Assembly (NCBI GenBank): GCA_965153455.1
Contig: OZ234494.1
Coordinates: forward strand, 9,114,001-9,178,000
DNA: 64,000 nucleotides
Direction: 5' to 3'
DNA from: Sphagnum compactum
Taxonomy: Eukaryota
Part shown: positions 37,601 through 50,731 of the stretch, one piece after another
Layout of the letters: every line of letters begins with the position of its first letter
Position numbering within the stretch: the stretch's first letter is position 1
The notes under the pieces: model-generated
What the model was told of the DNA's origin: nothing
The model's database searches: none
What the model saw: only the letters and a program-made list of their open reading frames with translations
Program-made: the position numbers and the translations under genes

Positions 37601-38615
37601 TACGGGATCAGCTGCAGGTCCCGGATCGAATCAACAAGTTTATACCAACAACGTCGTCCCTGCAGGAGGTGGCCCAGGCCGCAGCCGTGCAGTCGCCGCT
37701 ACTCATGGTCGAGGCAATAGACTCCAATATGATCCAAGACTAGCTGCAGGAAACTACACTGGAGCTGGAGATCATACTGCAGCTATAACGTATTATTACG
37801 ATGGGAGCGGGTCAGATCAGACGTATATGAGCAGTGGAGCTGGTGGTGCAGCTGGCCGGGACAGCTACAGCTCTGGAACTGCTGCTGCAGCTGGCCGGGA
37901 TAGCTACAGCTCTGGAGTTGCTGCAGCAGGTAGCAGCTACTATGGGGCAGGTACTGGTACTGATCAGATCAAATGGACGACATTTGCAACAGGAGGAGGT
38001 TCAGAAGAGTACTATGTCCAAGCTGCAGGCGATGTCGATCATGATCAAGCTGTCCTCTATGAAGGGGCAGCAGCAGCTGGAGAATACTACGACATGAACC
38101 ACATTAATGCAGCTCAAGACTATTGCAATGCAGGTGCGGGTACTGGTGTGATCATGTCTGCAGGCAATTATGGATCAATCCAGGATTACTCCTACCACTG
38201 CAACAACATGGGTGCAGCAGGATCAGACAGGTGCGACATTAATGGAGTTCAAGGAGGGTATAACTCTAGTGCAGCTGGAGCTCAAGTTCTAGAGTACAGT
38301 GAAGATACGCACTACACTACTTATACAGATGTAGAGTATACTGCTGGTAGAGGCGTGGATCAGTACACTGCTCAAGGTGTAGAACACATGCAGGGTGTAG
38401 GTGTTGAATACAGTACAGGTGTGGAGTACAATGAAGGTGTAGAATACTATGCAAGTGGTATGGACTACACTGAAGGTGTGGAGTACAGTGAAGGTGTAGA
38501 ATACTATGCAAGTGGTGTGGACTACACTGAAGGTGTGGAATACAGTGAAGCTGGTGTGGAGTACAGTGAAGATGTAGAATACAGTGCAGCTACTGTGGAG
38601 TGCAGTCAACAATGA
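31624..38615 (+). CDS. N-terminal C2-domain protein with a ~930-aa low-complexity tail (5 exons, ~1084 aa)
   Basis: Exons 31624-31693, ~32015-32095, 34852-34993, 35414-35573 and 35814-38615 have GT-AG ends and matching phases (1,1,2,0). N-terminus: MHFEKLQVYVEGALGIKNPNISPGGADKAAGTFYCVLTCGALECKTLTSQDDEDFNPCWNTTFTFKVDRKSPGKLGVNIFCQNMLNEAADDFLVAYTSLSFKRLF...GQIKMGFKIF, a C2 pattern (YCVL, KT, NPxWNxxFxF, DD). Exon 2 has three possible in-frame acceptors. Confidence 0.82.
34330..34490. repeat. Degenerate ~52-55-bp tandem repeat in intron 2 of the C2 gene
   Basis: ATTGAGAATCTGAATGATGGA core recurs 3-4 times. Confidence 0.7.
38385..38605 (+). repeat. Coding tandem repeat encoding (E/S)GV(E/D)Y(S/T/Y) units
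   Basis: GAAGGTGT(A/G)GA(A/G)TAC... units, including a duplicated 57-bp higher-order unit EGVEYYASG(M/V)DYTEGVEYS. Confidence 0.92.
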
Positions 38616-41600
38616 GGATTGCTTCAAGAATCACTCCAAGAAAATGCAGGCATTATCGTTAGTTATTGAGTGCTTGAGGATGAGAGACATGTGTTATTTT
38701 TTAATAATACATTGACTTTAAAGTAGCATTTTCAAGATTAGGCATCAACGCAAACATCTAGTCAAAAGGGACACTAAAAAAAAGTCCATCAAAATAGCTA
38801 AGGTTAAGGCTCACTTTAGATGGGTCCAAGGTTCAAATTCCTAAGAACCAATTTGGACTCATTTGAAACAAATTGGGCCATCTTCAAAACATTCACCTCA
38901 TTCTTGTAAATTTTTTGTTCAACTGGTTTTCTAGTGAACTAAAATAGTAAAGACCAAAAGCATAGTCTCGTTTCCCTTGTGTTATTATCACTAGTTGAAG
39001 GCCTATGGTGCATAGTAAACAAACTTCTAGGTTGAAATTTTATATTAATTCATTATCAATCATGGTCTTTAGATAGAAAATAGATTTATAGATTTTTTCT
39101 AACTCCAATAATGTAAACAATGTTGCTTTATTTCTCCATTAATAAAGCATTCTTCCAAATTTCCTTGCCCTTTCATAACATTGAATGTCCCTTCAACAAT
39201 TTTAACTTGCATGCATATTTAGGTTTTGTATTCCCATCTAGAAGTTTTGAATTGATTGTTACATATTTTGTTGCTTGAAAATAAAAGGTGAAAGCACACT
39301 ACGGTGACCTTTCCCTTTGGGGTGTCATATTGTACTACTTTCCAAAGATGTGCATGTTTGAATGTATCCCATCTCAAACTTTCGAAAGATTTTGACAATA
39401 TTTTTGCATATTATGTTAGAATATAACATAGACAAGAGTTTTAAAAATAAAGTATTTCATTTCATTGTAGAAAGTGAGAGATTGGAATATATTTGTGAAA
39501 ACAAATGTAGTGTACCTGTGTATTCAAAAAAACAAATATATTTCAAATATAATTTAAATGGTTTTTAATCTTTATGAAAGTCAAAGGTATATTGAACCAT
39601 GTCATTTCACATAATATGAACCATGTTTGGATACCATGTGACTAATTTGAAAATTTTCATCTCAAAAGATGAGTTTTTTCAGCAAAGATACAATAAATGT
39701 GTGGTAAATTGAAATTTTATAAGTAATCACATCCGCATACAAAATGACAAGCATAGCTAGATGGGCCATTTCTTTAATTTCATTCAAATTGATTATTTTA
39801 ATGACTAATGAAACCCTCAAGTCAATGCAATCAAAATGAAATTGTAACCCTATTATACCAATGTATACTATAAATATACTCATGAATCCTTCAATATAGA
39901 TAATGAAATTTATTTTTATTTTTTGAATAATATTACATAACATTAATTCTGTAAAATAATTATTTTAGGGTCCTAAAACCAAAATTGATTCTCAAAATTA
40001 AACGTACCATGCTTTTGGAACAATTAAGTATTGTATGTACTATAATACTAGACCCAAAAATGCTCCAAAGGGAGTCACCCTACAATATGCTTTCACCTTA
40101 TAATATCGAAGAAATGTTTTCATTTTCTAAATCCATGGTTGCTAATGTTACTTCAAAGGTTTTTATTTTATTTTCAAATTCAAACACATCATTATCAACT
40201 TCTATTTCATTTTCTTCAAACACAATGTTTGCATGGTTCTTCTTTACTAAGGGATAGATGTGAAAATCACTAACATGTGAAATTGTATTCTATCTATTCA
40301 AAAGGCAATCCCTAACCCAATGACCTTTCTTACCACAACATCAATTTTGTTTTCGACAAACAATTTAATTATAGACATTCCTCTAGTTCTCTATCTCTTG
40401 AGCATATCTACACTCTAGGATCAAAAATAACACTTGAAATACTTGATGAAGTACCAGCAAGTTCTAGTTCAACCAAATCACAAAGCTCCCCCCTTTCTAA
40501 TATGTTTGGATTCCAAATTTTCACATTGTATAGATTGAATTATCCTTCCAAGTTACTGACAAGTAGTTATTTAAGCCTAACATCTTTTTAAAATCAAGAT
40601 AATGAAAAAAATTCACAAAATAAAATAGAAGTTACAACACCTAATTAATGATGGTTTGTGATTGAGACATTATCCAATTTGATAGAATGTCAATACTTTG
40701 CATAGCTAACTATATAACTCTTGAATCCTTCAATGCTAATTCTATAGATTTGAAAATAAAACATTCTAAAAGTTCAACCTCACTTTGATACCATCAAAGC
40801 ACTTTCAATGAATGAATTATTAAGCCCCAATAAATAGCATATTTATGCATGTCACATGTTTAAGAAATTGTTAATGTTTAAGTTATCACTAAATGTTTAA
40901 ATTAAACAATATATTTTTGTCAAATGCTACAATGTAAGGGTGGCATTGATTTGTGACATAAGATAAATTGAGGTAAGTTTTATTTTTAAAACTTGATTAA
41001 GGAGTAGCACTAGAACTACTTACCACTAATAAATTATTGTCAAAAATATTTTTTAATGGAACGTCATCTTTAAAAAAAGTGCCAAAAAAATTGTTGCTTG
41101 ATATGGACAAAAGTTTTGGGCATATTGGCTATAGTCAAATGACAATTAAAAAGACACCAATCAAAGTGGACGAGTTCAAATCAACTTATCCAAAAATGCA
41201 CCACTTTGGTCAAAAGTTACCAATCCAAAAAATTGCATTTTTTTGTAATGAATCAAAAACCAGCTCCCACTCAATGTTCATTGACCATTCCCATTTAAGT
41301 GTCAATAGGGTGTAATCACATTGTAAAGAACCAATCATTACAAGGTCCAAGTGTTTTTTTAAAACTAGGCCTTATCTTATTTGAAACATGATTTCCATGT
41401 TTTGGCTAAGGCTCATAAGAAGATGATATAAAATGTTAACTTCAAAAGCTTAATTCACATGTGTTTCAATGAATTTTCAAATAACATGTAATTAGAAGTT
41501 TATAGAATGATTATTTTTCACATAAATTAAATGTGTATATTTCAACAAAAGTAAACATAATTTTCTTCAACATCAATATTAATGCAATAAAGCATATTCA

Positions 41601-42099
41601 CCATACATAGATAACACATGTCCAATCCTAATAAAAATGCAATGTTGACCTCTTTTGCACAACAAAAAAAATACAAATTTGAAGTTCTTCAAATTATGTT
41701 GTTTTAGTGGTCAAATTATGTTCAATTTTTTAATGATTATAATGGACAACTAGATTAAAACATATATTCAAGTTTATTTTGAATATCAAGCCTTCATAAT
41801 CACTAGTATATGGCCATTAGAAAATTAATTAATGGTTTTTTTTACATAGCATAAAAGTTTCAAATTTTTACACCTATCCAAGATCGAATTGTCCACTGCT
41901 ACTATTCACTTTAACCGATCAATGTAACATCTTGGAATTACACCAAAATCATTTAGATGCAAATTCACAAATACAGAAACATTATACATTTGAAATCATG
42001 CTTAAAATTCACGTAATAATTTTCAAAGTCCCTAAGGTACAAGATTTTATTACATTCAACACAATCCTTAGTACATTTGATAAGGATTGCACCTAATAG

Positions 42100-42520
42100 A
42101 TAAGCCTTTCATTAAAACGTCAACAACTTGTCTTGTGGTTAAAACATAAACAATTGAAGCCTTTTTGCAACTCCTTTTGTGATCATGTGAAATTGAATAT
42201 CAATATGTTTGGTTCTCTAATGGAATTAAGGATTATGAACAAGCTTAATGAAATTCTAGTTGTCATTAAAAATGCTAGTGGGTTGTTCTTATGTAAAACC
42301 AAGTCTATCCAAATGTTTGTGCATTTGAATGACTTCTTTTATAACAATTGTTCAAATTATATATCATCGACTTCACATATAATTGAACTTGAATAAGAAG
42401 TTTTGTGAACACTAAACAATAGGTTCCCAATTAACAATTTATGAAACATGTTCACGATTTGCAATCATCAAAATCAATTGCATAGTCTACATCAATATGT
42501 TGTTAGGATGTTAACAAGTT
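42100..42520 (-). mobile_element. Decayed Ty1/copia RNase H remnant
   Basis: Minus strand reads PTSIFNDN*NFIKLVHNP*FH*RTKHIDIQFH (copia DNQ...NPxFHxRTKHIDI) and IDVDYA near 42490 (copia SDADYA-like). Confidence 0.75.
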
Positions 42521-45500
42521 CATCTTCAATGAAAGAAATACCAAAGCTTGAGGTTGCTTTTAGGTATATGTTTCAAGATTTTGAAACTATGTTGCAATGA
42601 ATATGCATAAACACTAAAGAAAATTTGGTGGCTGTGGAAATATAGTACATCAAGATGAGTCCAAAAACTAATGAATTGCAAATTGCCCACAATCTCCTTG
42701 CTTTACTCCATAAATTGACTTGTGAAAATGAAATATTTTGTTCAATGTAATTGGATTTTCAAACCCAAGTGGCTATGTAACCAAAAAGAAAGGTGTAGAA
42801 AGAAGACTCTCTTGTGCAAGAATAACTCATAGTAGAAAGACAACTCTTGGAAATTTAAACACCATTAATTCCAACAAATTACATCACCGAGGCTACAGAC
42901 CTAGTGCTACCAGAATTCCATTGGTGTTACAAAACTGTTGGAACAAAATTCGATGTTCTATGTGTCAATCGCCAACTAATACACACATGGTGATTACTCC
43001 CTAACTTGTCATAATGGCAACGAATAGTTTGGACCATATACAAAACCATACATTCAAAAGACTAAAATCTACTCAGGTATAGCTTGAGGTCAGAACCTTC
43101 AGTGTTCAATCAGCCCACATGAGTTGTTAACCCATCTCCAACAAATGCAACAATGCAAAGAAACATTGAATTCCCTATTTGAAAAACCATCTTAGAGACT
43201 CTTGAACTCAATGTCTGAACCCAAGTACTAATGACATATACTAGATTGATTTAGAACCATTTAGGAAAGGCAGATTTTTTGTGCAGATTTGGACTGTAGA
43301 TATGTCTCTATTAACTTCCCACTTCTATTCTCATTTCTCTCATTCTACCCAACCCAAGGACACCTCAACTAAGGCTTCTAATGTTCACTCGAATACTTGA
43401 CCTACGACATGGATTAAAGAGAAACTTAACAAATATCTATAGTACCCAATTCAAATGCATATTGATCCTTTACATGCCCCTTTTTCTATAGCTCGGACTT
43501 CCTCCTTTTTGTCATCAATCATCAACATTAACCCCTTATAGAAACCATTCCTACCAAGAATACATTGCTTGCCACAGTGTAGTTTCTGGTGCAGTGGAAA
43601 TCAAATACAACAACTACTAATCATGACAAGTAAAGTCTACCATCTCCTGAAACTGATCATGAAAGAAGAACGACCTACTTGCATTGCTTCCGAATTCCCC
43701 TTCTTATCCTACCTTCCACCATCCAAATCTCCAAGCCTCCATTCAATTGTCGCACCTTCCTCAACCATCCATAGTTCGATGCCAATCAACTCTACATAAT
43801 ACACCAACATAAAAAACTTCCTACCCATCCTCACAAGCTTTCAGTTATTGTTGCAACTATCTTAAAAAAACAAACAATGACGAAATAATTTTCGCTATTA
43901 ACATGTAGAAAATTGACAATCACTAAAAACAAAAATTAAAACCCTAAAAACTTGCTATGTTCACACGAGAATATTATCTCATTTACTTCCTGTTAAGTCA
44001 CAACTAATCCATATACAACTTTTCAAAAATCTTGTAAAAAAATGTTGTTTTGATATCAAACTACACAATCTCCATGTCACAAGGTACAACAAGACTAAGA
44101 ACTATCTTGGGGTGAAACACAATCAAAACAACCATTTAAAGATATGGACATGTTATTTAAAATTGTATTTGTGTATTTTTGAAAAATCACAAGGGAAACA
44201 CAAAAATTTGAATTGTCAATAATTTTTTGAAATGAAGTCCATTACTTAAAAGTTTCAATCTTCAAAATTTGATGTAAATCAAAAAACTTTTGACATGTTT
44301 AAACACTCAAACGTTTAGAATGGACATTCCATTTTTTTAAACATCATTTTTTAGAACTTGCTAAGAATCCTATCCACCAAATATTAAGTTTGGACATATC
44401 TATCCATACCCAATTGGTCTCATATCACTTTGGGAAAAAGTTGATACCCTACTTATATTTGAATGTGAAGACATGTTTTTCAACTAGATAGTTTTTCAAT
44501 AGATAGGTGTTTTTCAATCTAAACCCTAAACTCTTTTTGCATCATGGAAATTCAAATTTTGAACATGCAAAAATATAATCTTCAAAAAACCCGCTAAAAG
44601 AGACCAAAATCTTTCAAGATATCATAACTCTATAACTAATCTTAAGTTTCAACACAAGCCAAAATATCATCTTTCAACTCCTCATGTAAAATAAACCTAC
44701 TACCTAGGGGCCAAAATCCCTTAAGCTACTATACTCAATAATCAATCTAAACACAATAACTTAAATCTTAAAACCTTCTTTGACACGATATGAGGTGTGT
44801 CTTAGGTTGGGTACTTTTTGCAAAACCAATCTTTTAAATTATGGCTAGGTACTAGGGTGTTCTGAAGTCAAGTTTTCGAAAAATCAACTCTTATGCTTAA
44901 TAAGCAAGTATCACCAAATATAATCCGCTACCAAATTGACAACCATGGAATTGTGTAGAGATGCAAATTGATATTCGATGGGTCTATTACATTTTCACAA
45001 TCCAGTTATTGGATACATTGTGTGACATTAAGGAAAAAAATTCAAATACAAATGGCAGCCACTTGCACCTCAAGCATTTTCCATACAAAATTGCATTCAT
45101 AGGTGGAGAATTCAGCAGTAAGAAAACCTAATGCTCCTTCTGCAAGATTCTGTAGCCTGGATTCACCACATGCTAAGCTTCTCAGGATGGATTTTCCACT
45201 CACCTGTCTTAATACGAACCCTGTTTGCAGCTACAATTAGTTTTGGTTTTACATGTAATTTGATTCAGACATATTTCGTGACTTCACTTGCTTTCCTAAC
45301 AAGATTTGAACAATTTTTCTCTAGGATTTTGTTATCTAACAAGACCTTGTTTTTAAGTACTACACCTTACGTACAGATTAAGGGCATTACCAGAAGCAGG
45401 CTCACACTTGGCTCCCACCTCACGCACGGCCCTTCTTTTGGTAATGCCCTCAACCTACCTCAGGCAGGAGAGCCAGTCATATGCGGGAACCCGGCGCACA

Positions 45501-46113
45501 GGTGTTCCATGAAATGGAATGCCTGCTGCTGAGTGCTTTAGGGCACATGGAATGATGAAAAGTCAGTTTGTCCAAAAGACTTGCACAAAGAAGTTCTAAC
45601 ATCACAAAATGTCCAGAAGTTACGGGTGTCTCATTAAACAGCATCCAAAACTTGATTACACCCAAAAAATAAGAGGTTTAGACATTCCAGACTCCCAAAG
45701 AAAGCTAGAAATCCTTGGAGCTAAGATGAAGATCCAGCTCACTACACCATTGTTTGATCAATGTCATACACACACTGCATCAATTGGCTCGTGAAAAAGA
45801 AAACCAACCTGGTTGAACCTTTTCAGCAGAGGATGAAGTGTATTTTGGCTTTTCTATCACACGGATTAGGTCATCAGAGCTTGTAATGATTGATCCTTGG
45901 CTCCGATAGGCTGGCTGCTGTACAAGGGAACAGACAGACAAAGTCCAGAAAGGTCAAAACTGTCAAGCCCAAAAGTTCAAACATTCAGCTCTTTGAATCC
46001 TTCACATCCCTTTGGGTTGAAGAAGATTCACCCTGAATAATTAGTGGATGGTGGATGGTAGTGTACACTTGACAACAAAGAAGTCTTAACTGCTGTGCCT
46101 GGATTGTCAAAGC

Positions 46114-49100
46114 TCATGTGGGAACAAGAGCATCATCTTGTGGCAGAGTAAGAGCCTTGACAACAGCTAAAGCCAGCGGAAGGGAAAGGACTACACACAA
46201 GGAGCCGCCCAGTGTAATCTCAGCATACCAGCACAATTTCCTCCACATTTTCTCCAAAGTGTGAATCATTGCAGCATTCCCTTGGCCCCAGTTGAACTTT
46301 TGAACAGGAATCTCTGCTGTGCTCTCTATTTCATCCTCCAGATAGTCTCCCATGCCTGTTGCAAGACTCCCATGACTGCAGGTATAATCATGTTGACCAA
46401 ACCTTGGCAGTCCCTCATTTGGATTCAACTTTGTCATGTCTTGAATGGTCCTGTTTCCCTCCTCTATTTGGCAATCAGACACAGGCTCTGTTCCAAAAGC
46501 AGCTCTATTACAGCAGCTCAAACTGCATGGCTGGCCCATAACCGCATTTCTTCCACAATTACCTTCTGAGTTTATGGAGTTGGAGAGAAGTAACTCCATT
46601 CCAGAGTCAGCACCCATACTCAGGCTACACTCCTTGCCAGAAACCTGCTTACTGTCAACTGATTTAATTCTTCTGTGATGGCAGGTTGATGCCATTTGGA
46701 GCTTGCGGGGACTAATTATCTCTTTAGAATTAGCAGGTCCATGAGGAAAGTCAGAAGATTCTTCACCAATGCCTTCATGTCTTTCCTCAACATCCTCTTG
46801 GCTCCTTCCATCTTTTCGTACCGACTCTTCTGACCTCAAATTGTCATGCACACTCCACCCAGCATCACTTGAGGTCTCCAAATCCATATCAGCAACATCT
46901 ATGCTTGTTACACCTTGCTCTGCTAACCCAATTTCATCCATAGATAAGGTCAGCTCATGATCTTGACTGCTCCTCTTGGAAAAAGAGCTTGAGATGTCTG
47001 ATTGTAGTGACTGCACAAGTCTTCGTGGTGAAATGCATGGCAGGAAGTCCTTTGCACTGATGAGCATTCTTGACTTCTGCAGGTCCCAGGAACCACGTCA
47101 TTGGTACTTTTTTCATAATTATGTTCTAGCATATTGCAAGCAACAGCAGAGACACTAGAACATTAAGAGTTTGAAGAGGAATGTAGTTTGACATCTTAAA
47201 GGCTCTCACCTGAGTAGATCCAGTGCTATCATCCTCTTCATTTTGATGTGCCAATAAGTTGAAGTGATGAGTGAGCAGATTCACCCGGCCCCTGGAGTAC
47301 CCTCCTGGATTCTCAACACTACTGCTTATAGCATAAGTATCTGAACTTATGCTCCTGACATTTGTGACTCTATTGACAGTTTTCTCTGTTGTTTCAATTT
47401 CACATCCACTTGTATGATGAAAACCAGCCCTGATGCTGTGATTCTTACTCTGGCTGCCCTCCTCAAGTCCAAATCCATGTTGATAGTGTCCATCACTGTG
47501 GCGAACGATGTGGGATCCAAAACTTTCACTGCTTCGGGTTGGACCCCCTCCATACTTGCTTTGAACAATAGATTCTGCACTCCGGTTTCCATCACTATTC
47601 AACCTCATCCTCCAAAGCACATCCTCAATCTCAATTCTGTTACTTTCAGTACTGCTACTGTTAAGATCTGCCTCCTTTGGGACTTGGGTTGTGCAGGATC
47701 TTGATGCCAACCTGTAATTTTCTGCCTCATTAAGACTCAAGACTTGTGTATCAAATGAGCTTATCTTCCTCAGAACTCTATCCATTGCATCCTGTGAATC
47801 ATGGGGGCTTTGGTTTGCATGGTGAGCTTGTTTATCTTCCTGTTGGGTTGCAGCTGCTATTTGTTTAGATCCAACTGGTGGGGTGAGGGTCTCATGAATA
47901 GGAAACTCTGTTAAAGGACTGTACTTGCCCACTCGGACACTGCCACTTGGAACTCCTGCTTCATCCTTCAGGGAAAGTGTCTCTTTAACAGCTGGGCCTC
48001 CTGATGTAATCTTATCCTTGCTATATGCTGCACACATTAAGACAGCAAGATTGTAATCACAACTCCAAACAGTGCAATCTGAGTCATGCTTGATCAGACC
48101 TGGAAGATGAGCAAGCAGCAGAGGGAAGAATGCATGCTTAGGGACATAGAACAAAAGACAGCACATAAATGTGGGCTGCAGAGGCCTCCACCTATCTGCA
48201 TACTAGGTTGAAAATTCAAGCAATATGTTCGAAGTTCACAGGGGAAGACAGGGACTCACAGGCAGCAGCAATAGAACCACATTCATCAGAGGCAGGGCTT
48301 GAGGGCAATAAAGTAGGGCTGCTAGATCCATTCGACTGGGTTTGAGACTTTGCTGGAAACAGAGGTGTTCTTCTTGCTCTCTTGATAGGACTCAGTGTTG
48401 GAGAAGACACCCGCACAACATCCATAGAATCAGAAGTTGCAGTGGAGGCTGGTGAAAATGAGAAATGGTGCGACTCTTGCGAAATTGGACTGGCTGTAAA
48501 CTTCAAAACTGGAGGGACTGGACTCTCTTCAGAATGCCATTCATCATTTGAACCTGCCACCACACTCCTAGTTACTGGAACCTCTGCTGCCCCTTCATCA
48601 ACAGTCTCCTTACTCCAATCGCACGATATCAACATTCTGGCTCTTTGCAGGGCTGCACCTATTGCAGCCCGCACATGAATCATTTTGTCCAGCCGACAGC
48701 TCTCCAAAGTCTGCATTATGTGGAAAGTGATAGTAAGTCACTGCTATGTGTAAAAGATATAGAGAAGGTGGCTTTATGTGTGCATTGCGGGGGAGGCCTG
48801 CAACTGGGAAAATGTATTCTTTTTACCTGCACTGTATGAGGAAGCTCCAAAGCCAGTGTCTCTTTATCCAGTATGGCAAGCACTGCCTGCAGCAAATGCA
48901 CTGCAAATTTTCGATGCTGCCAAGAATCAGGGAATCCCTTCAAGATTTCTTCCCCCTCCTTGAGCAAGCTTGCCCCATAAATGCTGAGAGTGACAGGGTT
49001 AATTGTGGCCAACAAGCGCACTAGCTGCATGTGGGCTACAGTGCGGTTGGATTTCTCACTCAACGCTGCTGTAGCACGCTGACATACTTCGTGTATCGAT

Positions 49101-49965
49101 TCCTCTGACGCATATTTCCATTTCTCACAATCCACTAGTGCGTGCAGGCATGTGGCCGCCCCAGCTGCCACAGGTTCCAACTTGGCTGCAGACGAAGGAA
49201 GATAACGGGCCACTGCTGAGGAACTCTCTCTCTCTCTCTTTTTCTTCTTCTCAAGTCCTACTGGAAGAAATGCTGCAGAAGAAGAAGAAGCTTAAACATT
49301 TTGTTTTGTTTGCTATTATGATGAAGGCTTGGCTTACCTGCAATTGCGTCAGTGAGAGGCTGAGAGAGCATCCTTAGTATCTGCTCAGCTTCTTCAACCG
49401 GAGTGGATGCATCTATGGTGAAGCAAGCCAACGCAGCCACGACTTTGGAGCACGTCAGGTGCAGCTGCGGTGAGCTTCCACTGGCAGACAGAGCCCGCAT
49501 GAGGGAGTTCATTACACGCGGAATGTGAGGGACGACGAGTTTTCCATGCACCTGAGCGACGTCTTGTACGAGAGAAACGGCGTAGGGGCGTGGACCTCCT
49601 GGTTCTCGAGTCTCTAATACCTGTGCAAACGAGGCGGCGGCGGGGGTTGAGGAAAGCAGGCAAGCAAGGGAAAAAGAAAACATAATTCCATCTCCATCAA
49701 TGCTCTCAAGAAACACAATTCACAAAATGCACCAAGAACGAACAGGGAACAGACAGCGAAAAACACACGACAGAGATGAAGAAAAGAAGAAGAAGATGAT
49801 GATGATAAAGAAGCATTATCGTACCTGGTTAAGAAATCGTGGCATGGAGACACAATCAAGCTGATCCACAAAAGCTTTGAGCGACTGCATTGCGATACGC
49901 CTTCTCTCTCCGTCCTTGTCCAACTCCGCCAAGTCCTGCTTCACAACCGGACTCAGATACCTCAT
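46114..49965 (-). CDS. SINE1: SINE1-like plant KASH protein (N-terminal ARM repeats, C-terminal TM + LVPT), 6 exons, ~1004 aa
   Basis: Exons 49965-49825, 49620-49338, 49185-48827, 48710-48260, 48027-47210, 47076-46114, all phases consistent. N-terminus MRYLSPVVKQDLAELDKD..RRIAMQSLKAFVDQLD..MPRFLNQVLET, VHG..VPHI, CSKVV, GAATCLHALVDCEKWKYAS and CRLDKMIHVR match the SINE1/SINE2 ARM region as I recall it. It ends with hydrophobic ITLGGSLCVVLSLPLALAVV then QDDALVPT-stop. Confidence 0.9.
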
Positions 49966-50731
49966 ACTCACCACGCTCTCCTCTTCTTTCATTTCTTCCC
50001 ACTGTCTTTTTCTCCACTAACAACGAAATTTTCCACCAAAAAGAAAACAACAGCAAAATCACTTCCACATTCAAACCTCGAAATGTTTTACAGTTTTTCA
50101 AGAAAAAAAAAAAAAAAAAGCGTTCAAAACCCGAAGAACTATTGCTCAAAATCTCTCTCCACCGCGTCTTCTTCCTTCACAATCTGTTCTACAAATCGCA
50201 GCACGGGAGGAGAAGAAGCATGAGGCCAGCCATTTCTGCTGCGTTTGAAACAGAAAAGCTCCCTCGCTTCCTCTCTCTCTCTCTCACTGGCCCGCTCGCT
50301 GGCTGGCTGGCGGGCGGGGAGGGCGGGCTCGAGAGATACGAAGCGGCCGTCGAGGAAACCAAGCGTCCAACCCTAACCGCGCGTCGCACCGTATTCCGGG
50401 GCTTGTTACCTACCAGGACGTAAGTACCTACCCACCTACCAAGTGCACCGTTTGGTCGTAGTTAGTAATAACTGCATGGTAACGTGGAGTGTGCGAAGTA
50501 CTGTAACTTACACAGAGTGACACAGAGAGAGAGAGAGAGAGTGGGAGGGGGGAAAAAAGTGGGAAATTAAGTTACACGTGCAGTTTACAATTTTGGCGCT
50601 TTTTTGTCAGTTGTAACTTCTTTTTTCTTTCTTTCTTTCCTTCTTTCTTCTTGCTGCTTTTTCATACGCTTCAGCTGAACTTTTTTACCCTTCAGTAAAG
50701 AAACTGGTACGATTTTTCTCCTTACAAAACT

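Noticed and set aside
46114-49965. TORTIFOLIA1/SPIRAL2-like annotation
   Set aside because: The ARM/HEAT N-terminus is superficially similar, but the LDKD..R..AM..LK start and the TM + LVPT end fit SINE1/2.
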